This document shows, one piece after another, positions 46,088 through 52,117 of a stretch of 52,117 nt of DNA. Source of the stretch: Enterobacter phage Phc. The notes under the pieces are model-generated. The model saw only the letters and a list, made by a program, of their open reading frames with translations, was not told the DNA's origin and searched no databases. Made by a program: the position numbers and the translations under genes. The first letter of the stretch is position 1; each line of letters opens with the position of its first letter. The stretch lies in the sequence record MZ669808.1. One strand, given 5' to 3'.

Positions 46088-46269
46088 TTCTTGCTCCTGT
46101 TGTATTCAGCTCCAGCCGCTACCGACTCGGATAAGTAAGTATGACCGCAAGCGCACTCGCACACATAACGCTTGCCCTTCATTTTCATAACGCGAACCTG
46201 ATCCCGAACTCCGCACTTTACGCAACGGAGTGATGACGCGTGAGAGGTTGAACTCATTTTTTGCTCCAA
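46084..46269 (-). CDS. zinc-ribbon-like small protein
   Basis: CVKCG...CECACGHTY. Confidence 0.65.
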   Translation of the reverse strand: MEQKMSSTSHASSLRCVKCGVRDQVRVMKMKGKRYVCECACGHTYLSESVAAGAEYNRSKK

Positions 46270-46457
46270 CGTTCGTTAGCCTGGATGGAATACATCTCAT
46301 CGAGAAACACCTCTTTGCGACGAGCTTTCAACGCTTTCTCAAACGGAGCCAGATCAAGACCACAATCGCGCAGGTAGTTCTTTGCGTGCTTCATGGTGAA
46401 GGTCTGACAAGCGTACTCTGCGTAAGCTGCTGCGTGTGCAATGTTAGGCGCTTTCAT
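46254..46457 (-). CDS. hypothetical protein
   Basis: ORF downstream of promoter N. Confidence 0.65.
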   Translation of the reverse strand: MKAPNIAHAAAYAEYACQTFTMKHAKNYLRDCGLDLAPFEKALKARRKEVFLDEMYSIQANERWSKK

Positions 46458-46483
46458 GATATGTCTCCTGTTTCGATGAGATG

Positions 46484-46526
46484 ATTATGACCGATTCGAG
46501 CCTGATTGGTTTAGCAAAAAGTGCTA
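46484..46526 (-). promoter_or_regulatory. Operator-type promoter N (minus): TAGCACTTTTTGCTA -N22- CATAAT
   Basis: Element 46512-46526, -10 46484-46489, leader CATCGAAAC. Confidence 0.9.
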
Positions 46527-46718
46527 TTCGTTCGATCTCGTCATTATTCCAATTATTCCGACTCGATGGAATTATTCTGAATATTCTTGATGTGATGAAT
46601 AAAATCATCATTCGTCATAGTGTGCTCATGAGTTGTCAAAAGTAATCAGATTGAATCATGTTGATAGGGGTAGAGATGGTGATTCACTGTTCGCCTATCG
46701 CCTCGGGAAATTTTTCAC

Positions 46719-47237
46719 GGAGGATTGAGGGAGGATTACGGAGGATTTCTCGGACTCAATTGAACGAACCTCTCAGAGCTACGGCTCATCGCTTGGCCTC
46801 CCTGGTATGCGTGATGTGCTGCGGAGGATTGCGGAGGATTGCGGAGGATTTGCAATCTGGCTCTAGCCCTTGGTGCGCGTGGCCTGCGAGAGATTTACGC
46901 CGGAAAATGTCGATTTCTCTATGGGGGCTGGTATAGGTATACGTAGAGAAATGATGTGAAAGTGATGCGCTCATACACGTAGAGAAAAAATTCTATAGTC
47001 CAATAATCGACATAATCCTCCGTAAACTATGAAATCATAGGTATATACCAATAGAGTAATATAGTAATAATAATAATATAAGTGCTTAATATATATAGTA
47101 TTATATGAGTGTATATAGTGCTTATTGTATCAATCGCGCAGACGTCTAGAAGTCCAAAACTACGGAGGATGAATCCGGCGCAATCCTCCGCAACTTTGCT
47201 AAGTGCATGATATGCCAACGTAAATCTACGGAGGATT
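46719..47237. repeat. Iteron region 2: about ten GGAGGATT units, AT-rich core (candidate origin)
   Basis: Units start 46719, 46730, 46740, 46823, 46833, 46843, 47014 (reverse), 47164 (variant), 47182 (reverse), 47230. Confidence 0.8.
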
Positions 47238-47269
47238 TTTCCCGTAAATCTTCCGCAAATACGTGAAAA

Positions 47270-47312
47270 TAGCACTTTTTGCTAAAACAGCGCCCCTGGC
47301 TTTTGGTATTAT
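47270..47312 (+). promoter_or_regulatory. Operator-type promoter O: TAGCACTTTTTGCTA -N22- TATTAT
   Basis: Element 47270-47284, -10 47307-47312, leader CAACGAAAC. Confidence 0.92.
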
Positions 47313-47348
47313 TATCTCAACGAAACGAAAGGCACAAAGGAAAACGTC

Positions 47349-47627
47349 ATGAAACTTAAGCGCGAAGCAATCAAACTCGGTAACGAATACAACGGCAAAT
47401 GGAACTTCGTAATCATGGATAACGACGCCGAGAAGATCGAAGCTGTTGAAGAGGCACTTTGCGCAATGGATACTGGATTTTCCCTCGGTGGCAAAGAGAA
47501 AACCTGGGGCGACTACTGCGACCAATGCCCTTGTTACGAAGATGGTTATGGATCCGGATTCTGGATTGAAATCGAAGATGTTCCAGCGTTCAAGGAAGCA
47601 TACAAGGCAGCTAAGAAATCCATCTGA
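47349..47627 (+). CDS. hypothetical protein
   Basis: MKLKREAIKLGNEYNGKWNFV...; downstream of promoter O. Confidence 0.75.
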   Translation: MKLKREAIKLGNEYNGKWNFVIMDNDAEKIEAVEEALCAMDTGFSLGGKEKTWGDYCDQCPCYEDGYGSGFWIEIEDVPAFKEAYKAAKKSI

Positions 47628-47670
47628 TAGCACGAATTGCTAAACATGAGCCTGAGCAATCCGGCATAAT
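47628..47670 (+). promoter_or_regulatory. Operator-type promoter P: TAGCACGAATTGCTA -N22- CATAAT
   Basis: Element 47628-47642, -10 47665-47670, leader CATCGAAAC. Confidence 0.9.
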
Positions 47671-47710
47671 AGCCCCATCGAAACGAAACAGTAGCTACAA
47701 GGAAAAGAAA

Positions 47711-47866
47711 ATGGTACAGTTCAACATCATCGACACTGGAAACAAGGCACTGCTCGGGTTCTTCAGATTCAAGTGTACTGGTGACGGTTTCACGGGTTAC
47801 GGCAACAGCGAGCGCGATGCATACCAAGAATGGGCTGAGGCTCGCTATATTGGGGATAAAGACTGA
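47711..47866 (+). CDS. 51-aa hypothetical protein MVQFNIIDTGNKALLGFFRFKCTGDG...
   Basis: Small ORF after AAGGAAAAG; TGATG overlap with next ORF. Confidence 0.6.
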   Translation: MVQFNIIDTGNKALLGFFRFKCTGDGFTGYGNSERDAYQEWAEARYIGDKD

Positions 47867-48003
47867 TGATACATATCGGATGGTTGGTAAATGGCACATT
47901 CTACCCTGCCAGCGAAGTCAAACGGGTAGACATGATCAGGGAGTTCCGAGGTGACAAGGTTGACATCGTTGAAGTTTATGCGGAGCGTGACCCATGCGTA
48001 AAA
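47866..48003 (+). CDS. 45-aa hypothetical protein MIHIGWLVNGTFYPASEVKRVDMIREFRG...
   Basis: Small ORF, overlap coupling both sides. Confidence 0.55.
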
Positions 48004-48515
48004 TACTGATGATTGCCTCATACGTGGGGCTGTTCACCCTGGCAAACGTGAACGTCGCTATGTTCGGAGTGTGGGTTACACCGTTCAACGCTCTATTCAT
48101 CATTGCTGCTGATATGGTCATTCGCGATCGCATCCAGTACGACGGAGGGGCGCTGGTAGCGATATTTGCCTCCCTGCTTGCTGGCTCTGCCACCATAGCG
48201 ATAGCTCCTGATGCAGGTCGAATAGCCATAGCGTCAAGCCTGTCAGTGGTGCTCGCTGGCCTGGCCTCTGCCGTAGCGTTCAGGTTGAGGCGCGGTGATT
48301 TCTACCGTAAGTCATATCAGGCAAACGTTATAGCCGCCGCTGTTGACTCAATCGCCTTCCCTGTGATAGCGTTCGGCTCGGTCATGGTGTATGTGACTCT
48401 CGCGCAGTTTGCCGCTAAGGTTATAGGCGCGTCTGCGATACTCTACTTAATGAAAAGGTATTTCAATAATGACAATTCACTTTCACGGCTCACCGATAAC
48501 GGGCGGCAAGGGTGA
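47994..48515 (+). CDS. VUT/YhhQ-like integral membrane transporter, candidate queuosine-precursor transporter
   Basis: Multiple TM segments; PDAGRIAIASSLSVVLAGLASAVAFRLRRGDF...SYQANVIAAAVDSIAFPVIAFGS pattern. Confidence 0.7.
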   Translation: MRKILMIASYVGLFTLANVNVAMFGVWVTPFNALFIIAADMVIRDRIQYDGGALVAIFASLLAGSATIAIAPDAGRIAIASSLSVVLAGLASAVAFRLRRGDFYRKSYQANVIAAAVDSIAFPVIAFGSVMVYVTLAQFAAKVIGASAILYLMKRYFNNDNSLSRLTDNGRQG

Positions 48516-49290
48516 TATGATGGCTCGCGTTGCATATCGCGGCGCGGGTGCTTTCGTATCTTACGCTCACCCCAAGCAGATCAACATGACTCTTGAAGTT
48601 GCCGATACAGTATGCATCGACAACGGCGCATTCTCAAAGAAGAACACCGGACGTGAAACGGACTGGAACGGGTTTTATAACGACTTCTTGCCGAGGTTTA
48701 TCGATCACCCTAAACTGCGGTTCTTCGTTATTCCTGATGACATAAGCGGTGATGACCAAGAGAACGACAGGCTTATCCGTGAACTACCAGCGCACCTCAA
48801 ACACAAGGGCGCTCCGGTATGGCACCTGCACGAGAGTATAGATCGCCTTGTTCACCTTGCTAACGAATGGGAATACGTCTGCCTCGGCTCGTCAGGTGAA
48901 TACTATTCGATCCGCTCCCCGAAGTGGCGCGCAAGGATGGATGAAGCATTCAATGCCCTGATCTCTCGCGGGTACTCCGCCAAGCTGCACGGCTTGCGTA
49001 TGCTCGACGGTCGAGTCCTTGGCAACTATCCGCTTGACCAGGCTGACTCTACGAACATCGCAATCAACGCGCCAAAGTGGTTATGTAAGCACGTCCAGAT
49101 GACGATAGAGGCCTGCCGGATGCAAACGCATTTCAGCAAGTGGATCGATACGACAGACCCAAAGGTAGCTCTCGATAACCTTATCTCTGCCGGAGGGACT
49201 AAAGAGCAAATGCTATCCCAGCGATGCGCAATCCTCAAGGCGTGCATTGAGGCCGTCAAACCGCCACATAAGTCTGACTGGCTAAAATAG
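48469..49290 (+). CDS. TGT/DpdA-like protein, candidate 7-deazaguanine DNA transglycosylase
   Basis: FHGSPITGGKGD, IDNGAFS, FFVIPDDISGDDQENDRLI, VWHLHESIDRL, VCLGSSGEY, KLHGLRML, DSTN motifs; overlaps transporter gene. Confidence 0.6.
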   Translation: MTIHFHGSPITGGKGDMMARVAYRGAGAFVSYAHPKQINMTLEVADTVCIDNGAFSKKNTGRETDWNGFYNDFLPRFIDHPKLRFFVIPDDISGDDQENDRLIRELPAHLKHKGAPVWHLHESIDRLVHLANEWEYVCLGSSGEYYSIRSPKWRARMDEAFNALISRGYSAKLHGLRMLDGRVLGNYPLDQADSTNIAINAPKWLCKHVQMTIEACRMQTHFSKWIDTTDPKVALDNLISAGGTKEQMLSQRCAILKACIEAVKPPHKSDWLK

Positions 49291-49330
49291 CACTTTTTGC
49301 TAAACGCCGCCCGACGTAATCGGGCATAAT
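49288..49330 (+). promoter_or_regulatory. Operator-type promoter Q: TAGCACTTTTTGCTA -N22- CATAAT
   Basis: Element 49288-49302, -10 49325-49330, GCCCGA/TCGGGC hairpin in spacer. Confidence 0.9.
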
Positions 49331-49360
49331 GCAGTTACACCAAACAAACGGAGCACTACC

Positions 49361-49654
49361 ATGAAAAAGAACAACGTCAACCTGGTTCGCGTAAAACTCA
49401 ACACTGACGGCTATTTCCGTGACAGCGACAGCATGAAATGCTGGCTCAAGTCGCGCACGTTTCCGGTCATCGTAAAAGCTGAGATCGTTTACTCATCCGA
49501 GAACGGATATCCGGCATTCGCCAAGGTTCCTATGGAGGAATGCGTCGCTATCGGCATGAATCCGGCAATCTTCAAGGGGCTTGAAAACTGCGGCCTCAAC
49601 TGGTATCTGTTCCCATGCCCCGAAACTGGTGAGCTTGAAGCTGAGATCCTGTAA
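49361..49654 (+). CDS. hypothetical protein
   Basis: ORF with SD CGGAG downstream of promoter Q. Confidence 0.7.
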   Translation: MKKNNVNLVRVKLNTDGYFRDSDSMKCWLKSRTFPVIVKAEIVYSSENGYPAFAKVPMEECVAIGMNPAIFKGLENCGLNWYLFPCPETGELEAEIL

Positions 49655-49881
49655 TGGCACGCCGTCAAGTAACCTGCACATGTGGGGCGTATAGTTTCCC
49701 GCATAGGTTCGGCGGCGGCAGATGTGACGGCCTTGTCATCGTGATAGCGGCGGCGGGGTCATCCCACTGCCACTATTGCCACTTGAATAATAACGGATGT
49801 GAAGTAATCAAAGGTCAGGAGCACCCCAGGGAGTGTCCGGCAGTTGTTGACTTCTGCGAATATAACGAGGTGAAATTTTGA
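49654..49881 (+). CDS. Cys/His-rich small protein
   Basis: CTCGAYSFPHRFGGGRCDG...CHYCH...C...C; TAATG overlap. Confidence 0.65.
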   Translation: MARRQVTCTCGAYSFPHRFGGGRCDGLVIVIAAAGSSHCHYCHLNNNGCEVIKGQEHPRECPAVVDFCEYNEVKF

Positions 49882-50144
49882 AAGGATGTGATCGGGGTTT
49901 GAAGTTCTTTATGGCTATTTTCGTGATCGCCTGTGTGATCTCTGTCGGGACTCTCTTTGAGGGTTATCGCGTGCATAAGCTGATCAACAGCGTGGATGAT
50001 AACGGGAAAGTTATCTGCGCACTGACTGGTAATGAGCGAACGCGAACTTATCCAATGCTCGTCGGCAAGGTGACGATTATCCAGACCGCCCACGAGGAGG
50101 AGTATTATTGCGCTCCTGGTAAATATTATTGGGTGGCGAAATGA
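49878..50144 (+). CDS. hypothetical membrane-anchored protein
   Basis: FFMAIFVIACVISVGTLF N-terminal TM. Confidence 0.65.
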   Translation: MKGCDRGLKFFMAIFVIACVISVGTLFEGYRVHKLINSVDDNGKVICALTGNERTRTYPMLVGKVTIIQTAHEEEYYCAPGKYYWVAK

Positions 50145-50233
50145 TTACACCAGTTGAGATGATCGTTGAGATTGTCAAGTTCTCCGCAATTCTTTACCTG
50201 GTAAATGTAATTGTCGATCGGTTCATGAAATAG
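50141..50233 (+). CDS. 30-aa membrane peptide MITPVEMIVEIVKFSAILYLVNVIVDRFMK
   Basis: ATG overlaps upstream stop; stop TAG shared with operator R. Confidence 0.55.
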   Translation: MITPVEMIVEIVKFSAILYLVNVIVDRFMK

Positions 50234-50273
50234 CACTTTTTGTTAAAAGCCCCTCGTGGGCTTTTGTTATTAT
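50231..50273 (+). promoter_or_regulatory. Operator-type promoter R: TAGCACTTTTTGTTA -N22- TATTAT
   Basis: Element 50231-50245, -10 50268-50273, terminator-like AAAGCCC-ctcgt-GGGCTTTT in spacer, leader CATCGAAAC. Confidence 0.9.
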
Positions 50274-50301
50274 TATTCCATCGAAACGAGAGGGTGTTAA
50301 A

Positions 50302-51015
50302 ATGATCAAATTAATTAACGGCGAATGCATTGACGAGATGAAAAAGATTGACGACAAATCAATTGATCTAATTCTTTGCGATCTCCCGTACGGAACGACT
50401 AGAAACAAATGGGATTCGATAATACCATTTGATGACTTATGGGAGCAGTACAACAGGATATGCCGTGGGCTGATTGTTCTTACAGCCGCTCAGCCGTTCA
50501 CTAGCAAGTTGGTAATGAGCAATATCTCCGGCTTTAGATACTCCCTGGTATGGGATAAGGTTGCAAGCTCAGGATTCCTTAACGCCAAAAAGCAGCCATT
50601 GAGAAGGAGCGAGGACATACTCATCTTTGGCGATGGGAAGGTCTACAACCCGCAAATGGAGGTTAGGGGTAAGCCGAGAGTTAAAGGCGGTTACGTTAAG
50701 CCTGGCGGATCTGATAATTACGGAAGTTATGAGTCAACGAAGTCAGTGAGCAATGAGTATTACCCAACAAACATAATACAGATATCAAACGCCAAAAGGA
50801 GCGGCAAGGTTCATCCAACACAAAAGCCAGTTGAACTAATGGAGTATCTTATAAAAACCTACTCGAATGAGGGGGACACTATCCTTGATAATTGTATGGG
50901 CAGCGGTACAACAGGCGTTGCGTGCATGAATACCGGAAGGAACTTCATAGGGATTGAACTTGATGTTGATTATTTCAGGATCGCATCAGATAGGATAAAT
51001 AGCACGAATTGCTAA
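50302..51015 (+). CDS. N4/N6-type DNA methyltransferase
   Basis: LILCDLPYGTTRN (motif IV) and PTQKPVELMEYLIKTY...LDNCMGSGTTG (motif I). Confidence 0.9.
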   Translation: MIKLINGECIDEMKKIDDKSIDLILCDLPYGTTRNKWDSIIPFDDLWEQYNRICRGLIVLTAAQPFTSKLVMSNISGFRYSLVWDKVASSGFLNAKKQPLRRSEDILIFGDGKVYNPQMEVRGKPRVKGGYVKPGGSDNYGSYESTKSVSNEYYPTNIIQISNAKRSGKVHPTQKPVELMEYLIKTYSNEGDTILDNCMGSGTTGVACMNTGRNFIGIELDVDYFRIASDRINSTNC

Positions 51016-51042
51016 ACATTCCGCAAGGCCATTTGATAAAGT
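51000..51042 (+). promoter_or_regulatory. Operator-type promoter S: TAGCACGAATTGCTA -N22- TAAAGT
   Basis: Element 51000-51014; -10 51037-51042; AAGGCCA/TGGCCTT inverted repeat encloses the -10. Confidence 0.88.
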
Positions 51043-51082
51043 GGCCTTATTGAAGCAAGGCAATCAATCAGAGGAATCAACC

Positions 51083-51448
51083 ATGCACCAACCAACTAAT
51101 ATCATCGTTCGACTGTTAAACCCGAGCATTTACGCCGTTCGCCCTGGCGAGAAAGTAATGTGGTGCGACGGGATCAACCTGGCGACCTATCCGGTACTGG
51201 CTGAGGCAACCCCTCACGAGGACGCCGATAAGCTCGACTGTTTCGGGATTGATCGTTATTGCACAATCCACAAGCCGGAGCTAATGCGACTGTTTAACTC
51301 AGCCAACAACAGCCTGAATTGGGTTAACCGTCCGACGTGCAAAGACAACCCAAACGTTCAGGACGAGGCGTGGGAGATGGTAGCCGACGTGTCACCGAGC
51401 AACCCGTTCGCGCACTGGAACCGCCTCAAATCAATCGGATTGCACTAA
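51083..51448 (+). CDS. hypothetical protein (MHQPTNIIVRLLNPS...)
   Basis: Start re-assigned to ATG 51083 after GAGG; -10 at 51037-51042 precedes it. Confidence 0.7.
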   Translation: MHQPTNIIVRLLNPSIYAVRPGEKVMWCDGINLATYPVLAEATPHEDADKLDCFGIDRYCTIHKPELMRLFNSANNSLNWVNRPTCKDNPNVQDEAWEMVADVSPSNPFAHWNRLKSIGLH

Positions 51449-51506
51449 GGCGATAAATCACCAGGGGCGAAATTGCGCCCCTCACAACGCGATAGAGGGA
51501 GTTTAA

Positions 51507-51818
51507 ATGGCATCTAAAATCAATTCAAAACCGAAAGTTCACGATCTCAAGATTGCGCCAGATCATTTCATCGGTGTTTTCTCCGGTCAGAAGAAAGCCG
51601 AGTATCGACTCAATGACCGAGACTTTAAGGTCAATGACGTCCTGTTACTCCGTGAGATTCACTGCGGATCTTACACAGGCCGGAGTATTTGCGCCGTGAT
51701 AACTCACATCCTGGACATCGACGATTTCCACGACTTCCCTGACAATGCGCCGTTTGCTGGTTACGTAATGCTGTCGATTAACCTGATACCAGGCACCGCA
51801 AAACTGGAGGCTAAATAA
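51507..51818 (+). CDS. DUF3850/ASCH-like protein
   Basis: HDLKIAPDHFIGVFSGQKKAEYRLNDRDFKVNDVLLLREI. Confidence 0.75.
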   Translation: MASKINSKPKVHDLKIAPDHFIGVFSGQKKAEYRLNDRDFKVNDVLLLREIHCGSYTGRSICAVITHILDIDDFHDFPDNAPFAGYVMLSINLIPGTAKLEAK

Positions 51819-52117
51819 TGCGCAAGTTAACCCGTGACGAGGAGAGATTCAAATCGTGCCTCAAGAAAAGCAAGAGCAAAACCATTCACCTTTCAACGAA
51901 TGGAACGCAACTATTTTGGCACTTCAAGGACGTCGAGCAAACTGGCTGGAACCCTGAAACCATTACGGGGCTGATTAAAGACGACCTAATCGAAATTGAT
52001 TACATGGTTGGCGGCGGGGCTGGAGTTGCTGTTTATCGTGGCATATCGTGGGGTAAAAATGAAAAGGTATCGAATAGCTCTAATCGAAACGACATCCGCA
52101 TTTGGCGATCCAATTAA
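51818..52117 (+). CDS. hypothetical protein
   Basis: ORF with TAATG overlap, stop at final window bases. Confidence 0.65.
   Translation: MRKLTRDEERFKSCLKKSKSKTIHLSTNGTQLFWHFKDVEQTGWNPETITGLIKDDLIEIDYMVGGGAGVAVYRGISWGKNEKVSNSSNRNDIRIWRSN

Noticed and set aside
46658-46936. ORF 46658..46936 (+), 92 aa
   Set aside because: Its repeated LRRI segments are translations of GGAGGATT iterons; no SD or family resemblance, so treated as non-coding origin-like DNA.
41-52117. tRNA genes, rRNA, CRISPR arrays
   Set aside because: No cloverleaf-like or regularly spaced direct repeat-spacer structure was recognised by eye. tRNAscan-SE would be needed to exclude tRNAs fully.
1-52117. Lysogeny module (integrase, excisionase, attP)
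   Set aside because: No tyrosine or serine recombinase-like protein among the ORFs; a single Cro/YdaS-like regulator alone is insufficient evidence of a temperate lifestyle.

Overview
This is most or all of a tailed (siphovirus-type) enterobacterial-like phage genome, judged from gene content. The left part holds small early ORFs. It is followed by a head module (TerS, TerL, DUF1073-type portal, MuF-like, DUF2213-type, DUF2184-type capsid) and a tail module (tail chaperone with a -1 slippery site, tape measure, lambda L/K/I/J-like tip, collar-like side fibre). Next come a leftward SSB/ERF/PD-(D/E)XK/primase block, a rightward helicase/VRR-NUC/Dam/phosphoesterase block, a lysis cassette and a large early accessory region. 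No integrase is visible. The most interesting signal is not a gene. I found 20 copies of a 15-bp element, TAGCAC-NNN-TTGCTA (inner triplet GAA or TTT, one AAA). Seventeen sit exactly 22 bp upstream of a -10 hexamer on either strand, one sits at 21 bp, and two (capsid and tail-fibre promoters) are inverted and lie in the -35/-10 spacer or just after the -10. Several copies also supply the stop codon of the upstream ORF. Many of these promoters carry an inverted repeat next to or around the -10. Nine promoters share the start-proximal sequence N5-CA(T/A)CGAAAC. Two related non-coding regions (about 30.39-30.84 kb and 46.72-47.24 kb) carry CGGAGGATT iterons around AT-rich cores and look like paired replication origins. 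One operon pairs a VUT/YhhQ-like queuosine-precursor transporter candidate with a TGT/DpdA-like protein, which suggests a minimal 7-deazaguanine DNA modification pathway. All homology calls are from memory of protein families and motifs; no database search was run.
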